Assembly (NCBI GenBank): GCA_032718475.1
Contig: JAUCBJ010007575.1
Coordinates: 1-59,846 of the forward strand
Length of the DNA stretch: 59,846 nucleotides
Reading direction: 5' to 3'
From: Nemertoderma westbladi
Lineage: Eukaryota > Animalia > Xenacoelomorpha
Part shown: one piece after another, positions 1 to 14,120 of the stretch
How positions within the stretch are numbered: position 1 is the stretch's first letter
Layout: each line of letters starts with the position of its first letter
Program-made: the position numbers and the translations under genes
The notes under the pieces: model-generated
Told to the model about the DNA's origin: nothing
Database searches by the model: none
The model's input: only the letters and a program-made list of their open reading frames with translations

Positions 1-546
1 CCAATCAGCTAATTAACTCAAACCAATCAGCTAATTAACTCAATCCAATCAGCTAATTAACTCAAACCAATCAGCTAATTAACTCAAACCAATCAGCTAA
101 TTAACTCAATCCAATCAGCTAATTAACTCAATCCAATCAGCTAATTAACTCAAACCAATCAGCTAATTAACTCAAACCAATCAGCTAATTAACTCAAACC
201 AATCAGCTAATTAACTCAAACCAATCAGCTAATTAACTCAAACCAATCAGCTAATTAATACTAAACCAATCAGCTAATTAACTCAAACCAATCAGCTAAT
301 TAACTCAAACCAATCAGCTAATTAACTCAAACCAATCAGCTAATTAACTCAATCCAATCAGCTAATTAACTCAATCCAATCAGCTAATTAACTCAATCCA
401 ATCAGCTAATTAACTCAATCCAATCAGCTAATTAACTCAAACCAATCAGCTAATTAACTCAATCCAATCAGCTAATTAACTCAAACCAATCAGCTAATTA
501 ACTCAAACCAATCAGCTAATTAACTCAAACCAATCAGCTAATTAAT
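1..546. repeat. 22-bp tandem minisatellite (CCAATCAGCTAATTAACTCAAA), about 25 copies, runs off the window start
   Basis: Near-perfect 22-bp period with AAA/AAT variants; ends about 30 bp beyond the MELK stop codon. Confidence 0.97.
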
Positions 547-576
547 CCCAAAGATTCCTGTAGAACAATTTTGCCC

Positions 577-1674
577 TCACAATCTCGCGTTGTTCATAAT
601 GTCCTGGGACACCCGTTTAAACGCCCACGTATCCCCCTTAAGTCGCTTCCTATGAACCCCGTACAATAAGAGGTGCGGCAGGGAGCAAACCTCCAACTCG
701 AAGGCTAACAGCTGTTTCCCCCGGGAGTCGGTAAGTTTGCACCTCAGCGTATAACCGCCTACCAACTTCCACCGCATCAACGGCTGCTCGTCTAGAACAC
801 GTTGTAACTCCCTTACGACGTACTCAGCACTGTGCGTAGAGGTCGACTCCATATTGTACAACGCCTTCACCCTACGGGGTTCCTCCTCGCGAACAAACAA
901 ACTCCCTCGTTTACTCGGAGTTAGAATCGAGATTACCCTGTCGATGCCCTTCTCGAAGGATCCGAAAAACTGCTTAGCGCGTTGTTTGCGACGCGCTGAG
1001 CCGGGCGTCGTGCCGAGCTGGTGGAGGTGGGTGTCCACGGATTGGGCGCGTGACGGGCTGGGTAGATCGAGGGCGGGATGGACGAAGATGCGAGGCGGAT
1101 GCGGGATGGAGCCGCCGCGGGGCGTCGCGAACAGGGAGGAGAAGGGGCGCTCACCGCCGGGCGAGTAGGGCGTCGAGTGCGGGCGTTCCAACGATGTCGG
1201 GAGGTTGTACGGAGTTGTCGCGTGGTGATTGGACGTGTGAGCGCGCGGACGGTTCGCTAGATTTTCTTTATGTTCTTCTATCGCAGAACCGTAGAACTCA
1301 GATGATGGCAGGTCTGTTAGACCGTCGCCGTCTAGATAGTCTTCCATCGACGTCGCTTTACGCAGCTGTTTGTGTCGCGGTGTGTCTAGAAGAGGGTGAG
1401 CCACCGCGGATTTAAGTCGGAGGGGTAAACCTTTGCGTTTGCGAGAGAGTAAGAGATTGTATGTGGTTTGGTCGTGGTCGAACGGGTTGGAGAGGATATG
1501 CCGGGAGACCTCGGCAGTCGGGGCCCCCGAGTGGAGGGACATCTGGGCGACGCAGTCCGGGTCTACCACACGGCGGTCTATCCTAGAGGCGAGGTCTACC
1601 GAACATCCGTGGTTCCGTAGGAGCCACGGATGTCGGGCTAGATGGGGGAGGGTGATACGTCGTGTGGGGTCAAC
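577..1674 (-). CDS. MELK: MELK kinase, coding exon 2 (end of kinase domain, UBA, linker, C-terminal KA1 domain)
   Basis: Acceptor TTCCAG at 1680-1675, then VDPTRRITL...HPW. Contains FDHDQTTYNLLL (UBA), FGSFEKGIDRVISILTPSK and the KA1-type LAFELEVC...RKRLKGDTWAFKR. Spliced product is 610 aa. Confidence 0.9.
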   Translation of the reverse strand, partial: VDPTRRITLPHLARHPWLLRNHGCSVDLASRIDRRVVDPDCVAQMSLHSGAPTAEVSRHILSNPFDHDQTTYNLLLSRKRKGLPLRLKSAVAHPLLDTPRHKQLRKATSMEDYLDGDGLTDLPSSEFYGSAIEEHKENLANRPRAHTSNHHATTPYNLPTSLERPHSTPYSPGGERPFSSLFATPRGGSIPHPPRIFVHPALDLPSPSRAQSVDTHLHQLGTTPGSARRKQRAKQFFGSFEKGIDRVISILTPSKRGSLFVREEEPRRVKALYNMESTSTHSAEYVVRELQRVLDEQPLMRWKLVGGYTLRCKLTDSRGKQLLAFELEVCSLPHLLLYGVHRKRLKGDTWAFKRVSQDIMNNARL

Positions 1675-2475
1675 CTGGAACAAACGGGGTTAATTTAAGA
1701 TAATCAATTATATTATTTTTCGACCAGGATCTTAAAATCAAGTTGAAATCTAGTGTATTTAAAACACTTGGCTTAGCTTTCTAGCCTTCTAGAACATACA
1801 AACCACACTGCTCAGTGCTCAAGCTCAGCCCAACTAAATGGACTTGAAGAGGGGTACAATTCTGCGTACTACGTAAAAGATATATATGTTGCCCCCCCCC
1901 CAGCCCTTCCATCTAAGAAAATTCCTTACTATGACAGAGGTTCAGATTATTAATCAATAAGTATATAATATATACAGATAATTAATTGTTATACAAAAAT
2001 AGACATGACTATGATGATAGTATTAAATAACGTGGTGGTTAACCTACTGAACTAACTAACTGTCAATTAAAGTTGTACTTGTTGAAAGCAAGCTAATTCC
2101 AATTTTTTTTAATTAAAGCCAACCGTTGGCTCACTAACCTTCAAACTGTCATTTTCACTTTATAGGAAGACTGTAATCGAACTTACTTACCTACCCTTCT
2201 GTATAGCAGAACCCCGTTTAAAAACTATATACCGGTAATAACAATAATATAGATAAAAAAATTCGCCCATGTGAAGAATGCCAGGGATAAAATTTTCAGT
2301 CGGATTTTAATTGAAATTTTATATAAGAAGAATTTGTATTTTTTTAAAGTGTTTTATAGCGCTTAATTGCAGACTGACAGACATGAATTCATTTATTAGG
2401 AGCTGCTTATTATAGTTACCGGTCTAGTTAGATAATTAAAGTGAAATATAACAGCAGAAAGTCTGGTATACTTCA

Positions 2476-3297
<822 letters not shown>

Positions 3298-6256
3298 CTA
3301 AATCATTAAATATATAGACTTATCAATCCTGACCTGCAATCTATCATTCACTGATTTTAAACTAGGCCATTAAATACAGAAATATGCATTAATTTGGCAG
3401 TGTTCTGGTGTTTACGATTATCGGTAGGCCTATTGAAATAACTAGGCCTAAACTATACTTATTATCATCTATTACACCATAACCATAACCCTTAATACAA
3501 CAACCATTTTTAGGGGGTCGGAGCCCCCTCCCTAATTTTTTTCAAATTTCAATAAAATGCTACGAAATTTGGTAGGGCCTATGGGCAATTCCACGAAAAG
3601 GTCACCCCCACTAACAAAAATTGAAATGATTCAATTATACATATGATGGGTGTTAAAGTAATCCAGATATCCCAAATTGTTGGAAAAACACACACTGACC
3701 CCAATATATTTATGTGACTTCAAAAAAAAATAGGACTGAATATGAAGTAAATATATTCAATAAATCATATTGAAAATTCATTGAACTACTTTTGCAATTA
3801 TCTACACCTCATGGGGACAAGGAAAAAATAAAATAACCAATTACTAACAGAAAAACTAATGGAGTTACAGTGTCAGAGATTTGGAGATTTCATATATCTG
3901 TATATAGGGTATAATGTTCTACTATGCGGTTGTAATAGACCAAGTTAAAAATTACGTCCGTTACGGAAAAAGGTAAAATTTTTAAAATACAGGAGGAAGG
4001 GGTGATGTATTAAACTCATCACTTTCTGTGCAAAGCAGATTTATTGTCTAGTAACTTTCGACAAAAAACTAACATCAATGCAGCATGTCTTTGTTGTGTA
4101 TTTATCGTAACGGACGTAATTTGTGTTGAATTATGTTTAAGCGAGGAAATTGATACAATGACAATTACCGGTCCTGTGGTGTTTTTAGGCATTATTGGGG
4201 ACTGTTGAATATAAATTAAGTGAATCAGAACATAAATAACAATAATTAATGGCAAGAATTTGGGACAAAAATTGTATGTATGGCAATAATTTTAGTTTCC
4301 CGAGACAGGTTGATCTTCGTTTAAGTTTTCTGTGATTTAAACCCTTAACATTGTATCCTCGGTCAGTAATGGTTGACCGATGCGCCTGTAAATAGCCTCT
4401 CGTCAACAAGTCAACCCCACCGACTAGCGGTACTGGCTGTTTTTGCTGACGGGGCTCTGTCGAACAACGCGTCCCTGATAGCAGTAAAGGGGGTCTCTTT
4501 ATTGAGAGGCAGTATTATTATTGCCGCGGAACTGCCCCAACTCATCACCTCTCCCACTCTCGCTCTCTGACGAAAATGAACATAAAATCAACATACACCA
4601 ACCCACTACCCTACCCCACACCGCGACACCCACCCACACCTACGATCTGAAAGATTGTACCCAATACAAAAAAAACAGGATAAGTTGAATCATACAACTA
4701 AAGCGGTAAGCTTGCAAGACGAATGCATGATTTACTGAGAATATCAGTCATAATCTCACTTAATGGAATACTGTACATATTGTTCAAAACTTTTACTAAA
4801 TTAATTGCAATGCTCACCTATCATTTCGCCGAGTGTCAATACATACTCTTACATACTCATGCATGTTAAAAATTAAGGTAATTGGTACTGTACAAATCTG
4901 ACAAATACTGGGATTGTAATTCATCTAGCATGATATAAACTAACGAACAAATTGGCAATTAATATGGCTGATATTTACTTCTTTTTCATGTATATTTTTC
5001 AGAAATATTTCAATTGCATTAATTTACATATTTTCAGGCCCTTTCATCCCATTTTACCAAATTTTTTACTTTCAGGGATTTTAATTTCCATGCGGTATAG
5101 GGTTCCGCAACTTTTAGTGGCAACACTAGAGACATCTAACCCAGGGTAGGGTATTCCTTAAATACCCCCTGTAGGTGTTGGGCTGGGCACCTATGGGTAA
5201 GATACAGCATAGCGCACTACCCAACTAACAAATTTCCAACTAAATCTTCCACTTTTTTTCTCTAAAACGCTCAAACTACCGTCCCAACTTCAGAAAAACA
5301 GAATAAAATTGGATTAGTTAGTAATAAATACTATTACTATTTAATAAAGGTTCTATACCTATAATGATAACGGACAATATCTCTCCTAAATACACAACAA
5401 AACAATCCATCTAAACACTATTCCCCTACCAATTAACAGATTACCAATACATCTCACTATACCACATCAAAAATCAATGTCACACCACCACTGCCTTTTC
5501 ATGATATCAACAACCCAAAGATACCCCATTTGCTATCATCTTATTGATAAAGCGCGATTTTATACCTCTGTTATAAGATAGAATTATGGAGATAAATTTA
5601 TACCCCTGTTATATTGAATATTCACCAAGAACAAACCAACAACATCTATGGGAAATTTTTTAAAACGAATAAACATGCCAACTGTTGATTTATGACTCCA
5701 GCTAATGGACTATAAACAAACACCAGTGACTCTCGAATTACAGACTTTCCAACCACCACGCAATGCTCCCATTCCTACACTATTAATGAAACACTCATAA
5801 CCGACCTTAGGATTAGCCTCCCCTCCATTCCCCACACGGCGGGCAGCATTATTAGTCCTTCAGAATATAAGTCATCAATATCAATTACTGTCAACCCCTA
5901 CAGGCAACAGACCAACTATCCCACTGACTTATACAAAATGAACCAATAATGACGAGAGCAATATATGAGATAGAGGTTACACATTTAACCTGATAACAAC
6001 CATTACGATCAGGGAAAACATGCCTCATATTAACAAACACCCCCACTCCTTATCACTATTCTACTACTAACTGTTAAACAAAACACCCCCCCCCCCCCCC
6101 CCCCCCCCCTATACTACTAACTGTTAATAACCCCACCCATCACCCTCTATCACTATGTCTACTACTAACTAACCATTAAATTACCCCCTCCCCATCCTCT
6201 ATCGCACTACGTCTACTACTACAGTACTAACCGCGTTAAACAACCACCCTACAAAG

Positions 6257-6462
6257 GTGTAAATTTTTGTGACGTAAATCGCTATAGGTAATTCTAATGT
6301 TTTATTTACTCAATTCTAGAATATTAATTCAGTAGGCCTAATTATGGATAATGAAAAAAAAAGATGGAGAGTTTTAAACGCTCAGCTAAATAATAATTAA
6401 TATTCTAGAATAAAGACAACAAAACATCAGAATTATAGCGATTTACGTCTCTAAATTTACAC
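6257..6462. mobile_element. small MITE-like fold-back element
   Basis: Imperfect ~70-bp inverted arms GTGTAAATTT..GACGTAAATCGCTATA..TTCTAGAATATTAATT versus their reverse complement; TSD not resolved. Confidence 0.5.
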
Positions 6463-7756
6463 ATTAGTATTTTCGTAGGCCTACTGTCAGACTGTGTACT
6501 GACAGTCTGATTAATAAGGCGATTTTCTGTACCGTCTGACATCTGACCGTAGGCAGACCGGCAGATACGGCAAGACGGGCACCGGCGGAAATAGTGACCT
6601 TTTGTTTAGGCCACTTAATGACTCAAGTACAGCAGTATCACAGTAGCAGTAGGCCTATCAATCAGTGATCAGTAAGTACTTCACTCCGCTGCCGCATGCA
6701 GGCATTGCCAGCCTGCATACCTTTAATTAATTTATCTCATGCATCATCTCATCAGAATTTCAGCAGAGAGTCAGATTTTCTGTAACAATACTCTACAGTA
6801 TACTATAATATTCTATTACAGTCTGACAGTTACGGTACGGTATTTAGCAGTGCAGTCTGACAGTTACACAGTCAGACAGTAACTACTCGCACACCCTCAT
6901 AATTCTAACTGAGATCCTATTGTGTTCCTTCACCTCCTAACCTGTTTATGCTTCATTATTGTGCTCATTTACGTAATTATACGAACTTACCTAGGATGGA
7001 TCTGATGGAGGTAAAGGAACTGTATTAAAGAAGAAAATTAGCAGTAAAGGCCTACAGTCTGACAGTTGCTTTGCAATTTACTATTGACTGATTGAGTATG
7101 GAGTATAGCCAAGCCAGCCAGAATAACATTATTGTTATTCGAGATTTAGGCCTATTGTATGTGTTCCTGTTCAGGCTGGAGGCTGCATATTGTTGTACAC
7201 CATTATCAGTCGGGAACTTTGTCAATATTGACATGTTGTCAATATTGACATGTTCCATGTCAAAATTGACATGATGTTAATATTGACATGTTTTGATCAT
7301 AAATTTTTTAAATATTGTGATTTGAAAAGTAAAAAATGTTTTTTTGTAAAGAGAATATCTATTTTAATTAAAATATTGTTGAATCCAACCAATGTATAGT
7401 ATATTGTTGTTTGTAATAATTTTAATAATATGTTTTATTGCATGTCAATATTGACATCTAATGTCAATATTGACATGAACGCTGGGTTCTTATGTTCATT
7501 TCACCCCCACCAAATCTATTTAGAGGCCTTCGAGTAGCATCACAAATACTGAAACGAGCTATCAAAACGCTTTAGTTAGAGATATTCTTGCTGCATTATA
7601 AATACTGAAAAGAGCTTTTGAAACTATTCAGGCCTTCGCGCAGCATGTTAAATACTGAAAAGGGAGCTGCTAAAACTGTTCAGAGTCCTTTGTGCAGCAT
7701 GATAAATGCCGAAAAGTGCAGTTGAAATTGTTCAGAGGGTTTCATGCATCATGCTG

Positions 7757-9831
7757 TTGGTGAGAAGTTCTATTTTGAACTGAGTTGAAATTTCAACTTT
7801 TTATTTTAATTCAACTTTTTATTAAAATTCAACTTTTGGAGTAGAGTTTAAAATTCAACTTTTTTTTTAAATTCACCTTTTGGAGTAGCTTTGAAATATG
7901 AAATATGGAATTGGAATCCATTACTGGTATTCCATTGTATAATAATTATGACATTCAGCGGTAAATTAAATACATCTAATCAATTCCCGTAGTCAGGTAG
8001 TATTTCAGCTAGTTTGCAAAAGTAATCACTTAAGATGTTTTAAAAATAGTGTTCGCGACGGTGAAAGGTTTTATTCCATCGGTAATGAGGGTTAACCCTA
8101 TTAGTACCGGGCTATAAAATGTACAAATACCGGGGGGGTGGTCATATTGAACCCCCCCCCCCCCCCCCCCCCCCCCTCTAAAATCTACAAATCTTTACGA
8201 AAACGTCTGATTTTTTATTTGTACGTAGGTATCACTTGTCTGGATCCGACCGAAAAAAAAAAATTTCGAAAAAATGTACTGGGGTGGTTATATTGCAGCA
8301 CCAAAATTACAAGTAGTGCACAATTTTCACCAAATTTGAAAGTTACATTTTCGGCTAATTATTTTTCAATACAGGTTTTCTGGGGTGCAAAATACATTGG
8401 ACAATATTAAAAAATGATATGATTACTATAAATGGCTGTTTAGTCCTCTCTGCGTAGGAAAAAACAAGTAACCAGCACTTTTCAGTTAGAACACAAAATT
8501 TTTAATTCACTTATACGATGCTATAAATTCACATTTTCAGGTTTTCGAGAGCGCTGATTCTAATGGAATACATTTCTAATATGCCAGATCATTGCTACTT
8601 GTATTTTTCGGCGTAATTTGGAAAATTTTGGTGCTAGCACCAAATTTCGTACCCATCACCAAAAAGTACAAGTTTGCGATGTCCAGCGTGTTTTTATTGA
8701 TTCCATCGGAATCAGGACCCTCATAAACCCGTATAACGCAAGAAACAAGGTGATACTATCTACTTATCAATTTGCATATTTTCCAAAATTTGGTGCTGGC
8801 ACAACAATTTTCACCCACCGGCGAAAAATACAAGTTTGAGAACTCTTATGAAATTTTTACTGATTCCATTGAATTCAGAACCATCACAAACCCGTATAAC
8901 GCAAGAAACAAGGTGACACAATCAATTGATATATTTGATGGTTTTCAAAATTTGGTGCTAGCACCACATTTTGCACCCACATCCGAAAAATACAAGTTTG
9001 AGATGTCTAGTTCGATAATTATATTTTCCATTGAATTCAGAACAGCCATAAACATCTAAAACGCAAGAAATAAATTGTCACAAGCAATTTTATCTATTGA
9101 ATGGATTTTCAAAATTTCGTGCTAGCACCAAAATTTGCACACAGCACCGAAAAATACAAGTTTGATACGCTTGGTGCAACTCGTATATATTTCATCGAAT
9201 CCAGAAACCCAAAAAACCCCAATTGCGTAAAAAACAAGTTTCAAACGATCAATTTACAAAATTGACTTATTTCAAAATTTGGTGCTGGCACCAAAATTTG
9301 GCACCCACCAAAAAAAACAAGTTTGAAATTTCTAAATCAATTTATATGAATTCCATCAAATTTCTAACACCAAAAAACCGGTGTAGATCCAAAATAGAGA
9401 TGTTACAATTCATATTTATTGAAATGTAATTTTCAAAAAACGTCTCAAAAAAAGTGCCAAAAGTAGGGTTAAAAAATGGTGCTATAACTCGAAAAGTACC
9501 CAATATTTTTGAAAACGGTTTTTACTACTAGGAAGACAATAGATTTTTAGGAAAAGTCATAAAATTTCAGATTCCCAACTGCGTTTGTTTCAGAATTATA
9601 ATAAAAAAAACCACGGGAGAGGTCATATTGACCCCCCCCCCCCCCCCCCGGGTTTAATAGGGTTAATTTTTCGAGTTACACCCATAAAAACAATGAAAAC
9701 ACCCCTTCTGTCACATCTTGGGGGCCTTCTGCGCCTCCTGCCATTTTAGAGTTGAATTTACAACTTAAAAGTTGAATTTAAAAAAAAAAGTTTTAAATTT
9801 CAACTCAGTTGAAATTTGAACTTCTCCCCGA
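7757..9831. mobile_element. non-autonomous TIR element interrupting a degenerate ~58-bp tandem repeat; hosts the piggyBac-type MITE
   Basis: ~65-bp imperfect TIRs (GAGAAGTTC..AACTGAGTTGAAATTT..). Possible 3-bp CTG TSD. The same degenerate GCAGCATGATAAA..GAAAAGAGCTG repeat flanks both sides (7520-7755, 9835-10010). Confidence 0.55.
8096..9662. mobile_element. piggyBac-type MITE, copy 1
   Basis: TTAA on both sides; termini CCCTATTA..CCGGG / CCCGGGTTTAATAGGG; subterminal GGTCATATTGACC motifs; no transposase ORF. Confidence 0.85.
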
Positions 9832-10338
9832 CTGTCATGAGAAAAACCGAAAAGAACTGATAAAACTGCCCAGAGGTCTTCGTACAGTTTGAAAAATACA
9901 TAAAATATCTCTCAAAGCTGCTCAGAGACCTTTGTGCAGCATGATAAACGCTGAAAAGAGCTGTTGAAACTGTTCAGCGGTCTTCGAGCAGCTTGACAAG
10001 GACTGAAAATGGGCAGTGCTAAAATGCACAAAGACCCACACGGACTCAAAAAATGACTATTACATTACGAAGCAATGAGGCACCAACCCACTCCGACACA
10101 GGAGATGTTGCGCAGTGATAAATTAATGCTATCAAAGTTAATTCTGCGACAAATTATGCAAATATAAGGAATAAAGCACTTGAGCCACAAAGAGCCAAAA
10201 CCTAATTTTTTGGATAAATTTGGATCAGCTGATTGATTCTGACTAACTTGTCCATGGTGATTTCTTATTGGTTACTTTGTATACCATCTACTGTACCCTG
10301 CCCTATTCACCTACTAATGTTAATGATGGTAATAATAT

Positions 10339-13300
10339 GTTTGCAAACGGACCCAAAGGATGTCATATACTTTGCACACGGACCCAAAAGATGTCAGATA
10401 CTTTGCACACGGACCCAAATGTTGGCAGATACTTTGCAAACGGAACGAAAGGATGTCATATACTTTGCACATGGACCCAAAAGATGTCAGATACTTTGCA
10501 CACGGACCCAAATGTTTGCAGATACGTTGAACACGGACGCAAAGGATCTCAGATACTTTGCACACGGACCCAAAAGATGTCAGATACTTTGCACACGGAC
10601 CCAAATGTTGGCAGATACTTTGCACACGGACCCAATGGATGTCATATACTTTGCACTCGGACCCAAATGTTGGCAGATACGTTGAACACGGACCCAAAAG
10701 ATGGCAGATACTTTACACACGGACCCAAAGGATGTCATATACTTTGCACACGGACCCAAAAGATGTCAGATACTTTGCACACGGACCCAAATGTTGGCAG
10801 ATACGTTGAACACGGACCCAAAGGATCTCAGATACTTTGCACATGGACCCAAAAGATGTCAGATACTTTGCACACGGACCCAAATGTTTGCAGATACGTT
10901 GAACACGGACCCAAAGGATCTCAGATACTTTGCACACGGACCCAAAAGATGTCACATACTTTGCACACGGACCCAAAAGATGCCAGATTCTTTGAACACG
11001 GACCCAAATGTTGCCAGATACTTTTGCACACGGACCCAAAAGATGTCAGATACTTTGCACACGGACCCAAATGTTAGCAGATACGTTGAACACGGACCCA
11101 AAGGATGTCATATACTTTGCACACGAACCCAAAGGATGTCATATACTTTGCACACGGACCCAAATGTTGGCAGATACTTTGCACACGGACCCAAAGGATG
11201 TCATATACTTTGCACACGGACCCAAAAGATGCCAGATACTTTGCACACGGACCCAAATGTTGGCAGATACTTTGCACACGGACCCAAAAGATGTCAGATA
11301 CTTTGCAAACGGACCCAAAGGATGTCATATACTTTGCACACGGACCCAAAGGATGTCAGATACTTTGCACACGGACCCAAAAGATGTCAGATACTTTGCA
11401 CACGGACACAAATGTTGGCAGATACTTTGCACACGGACCCAAAAGATGTCAGATACTTTGCACTCGGACCCAAAGGATGTCATATACTTTGCACACGGAC
11501 CCAAAATATGTCAGATACTTTACACACGGACCCAAATGTTGGCAGATACTTTGCACACGGACCCAAAGGATGTCATATACTTTGCACACGGATCCAAAAG
11601 ATGTCAGATACTTTGCACACGGACACAAATGTTGGCAGATACTTTGCACACGGACCCAAAGGATGTCATATACTTTGCACACGGACCCAAAGGATGTCAT
11701 ATACTTTGCACATGGACCCAAAGGATATCATATACTTTGCACACGGATCCAAAAGATGTCAGATACTTTGCACACGGACACAAATGTTGGCAGATACTTT
11801 GCACACGGACCCAAAGGATGTCATATACTTTGCACACGGACCCAAAGGATGTCATATACTTTGCACACGGACCCAAAGGATGTCATATACTTTGCACACG
11901 GACCCAAATGTTGGCAGATACTTTGCACACGGACCCAAAGGATGTCATATACTTTGCACACGGACCCAAAGGATGTCATATACTTTGTACACGGACCCAA
12001 AAGATGTCAGATACTTTGCACACGGACCCAAATGTTGGCAGATACTTTGCACACGGACCCAAAGGATGTCAGATACTTTGCACACGGACCCAAATGTTGG
12101 CAGATACTTTGCACACGGACCCAAAGGATGTCAGATACTTTGCACACGGACCCAAAGGATGTCATATACTTTGCACACGGACCCAAATGTTGGCAGATAC
12201 TTTGAACACGGACCCAAAGGATGTCAGATACTTTGCACACGGACCCAAAGGATGTCATATACTTTGCACACGGACCCAAAAGATGTCAGATACTTTGCAC
12301 ACGGACCCAAATGTTGGCAGATACTTTGCACACGGACCCAAAGGATGTCATATACTTTGCACACGGACCCAAAAGATGTCAGATACTTTGCACACGGACC
12401 CAAATGTTGGCAGATACTTTGCACACGGACCCAAAAGATGTCAGATACTTTGCACACGGACCCAAATGATGTCAGATACTTTGCACACGGACCCAAAGGA
12501 TGTCAGATACTTTGCACACGGACCCAAATGTTGGCAGATACTTTGTACACGGACCCAAATGTTGGCAGATACTTTGTACACGGACCCAAAGGATGTCAGA
12601 TACTTTGCACACGGACCCAAAGGATGTCATATACTTTGCACACGGACCCAAAATATGTCAGATACTTTGCACACGGACCCAAAAGATGTCAGATACTTTG
12701 CACACGGACCCAAATGTTGGCAGATACTTTGAATACGGACCCAAAGGATGTCAGATACTTTGCACACGGACCCAAAGCAAGTCAGATACTTTGCACTCGG
12801 ACCCAAAGATGTCAGATACTTTGCACACGGACCCAAAGGATGTCATATACTTTGAACACGGACCCAAAAGATGTCAGATACTTTGCACACGGACCCAAAT
12901 GTTGGCAGATACTTTGCACACGGACCCAAATGTTGGCAGATACTTTGCACACGGACCCAAACGATGTCAGATACTTTGCACACGGACCCAAAGGATGTCA
13001 GATACTTTGAACACGGACCCAAATGTTGGCAGATACTTTGCACACGGACCCAAAGGATGTCATATACTTTGCACACGGACCCAAAAGATGTCAGATACTT
13101 TGCACACGGACCCAAATGTTGGCAGATACTTTGCACACGAACCCAAATATTGGCAGATACTTTGCACACGGACCCAAAGGATGTCATATACTTTGCACAC
13201 GGACCCAAAAGATGTCAGATACTTTGAACACGGACCCAACTGTTGGCAGATACTTTGCACACGGACCCAAAGGATGTCATATACTTTGCACACGGACCCA

Positions 13301-14120
13301 AAAGATGTCAGATACTTTGAACACGGACCCAAATGTTGGCAGATACTTTGCACACGGACCCAAAAGCTGTCAGATACTTTGCAAACGGACCCAAAGGATG
13401 TCATATAATTTGCAAACGGACCCAAAGGATGTTATATACTTTGCAGACGGACCCAAAGGATGTCAGATACTTTGCAAACGGACCCAAAGAATGTCATATG
13501 CTTTGCACACGGACCCAAAAGATGTCCGATACTTTGCAAACGGACCCAAAGGATGTCATATACTTTGCACACGGACCCAAAAGCTGTCAGATACTTTGCA
13601 AACGGACCCAAAGGATGTCAACATGTCATATACTTTGCACACGGACCCAAAGGATGTCATATACTTTGCACACGGACCCAAAGGATGTCAGATACTTTGC
13701 AAACGGACCCAAAGGATGTCATATACTTTGCACACGGACCCAAAGGATGTCATATACTTTGCACACGGACCCAAAGGATGTCATATACTTTGCACTCGGA
13801 CCCAAAGGATGTCAGATACTTTGCAAACGGACCCAAAGGATGTCATATACTTTGCACACGGACCCAGAGGATGTCATATACTTTGCACACGGACCCAAAG
13901 GATGTCATATACTTTGCACACGGACCCAAAGGATGTCATATACTTTGCACACGGACCCAAAGGATGTCATATACTTTGCACACGGACCCAAAGGATGTCA
14001 TATACAGTACTTTGCACACGGACCCAAAAGATGTCAGATACTTTGCAACCGGACCGAAATGTTGGCAGATACTTTGCACACGGACCCAAAGGATGTCATA
14101 TACTTTGCACACGGACCCAA
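10339..14120. repeat. 31-bp satellite array (ACTTTGCACACGGACCCAAAGGATGTCATAT and variants), about 120 copies
   Basis: Strict 31-bp period with three or four interspersed variant monomers. Confidence 0.98.

Noticed and set aside
854-1693. Plus-strand ORFs overlapping MELK exon 2
   Set aside because: Antisense shadows of a GC-rich coding exon.
3580-5175. Possible DNA-transposon ends (GGGCAATTCCAC.., ..TGGCAACACTAG)
   Set aside because: No matching partner terminus or TSD found.
7220-7476. Repeated palindrome ATGTCAATATTGACAT
   Set aside because: Probably the ends of a small decayed MITE; boundaries and TSD could not be defined.
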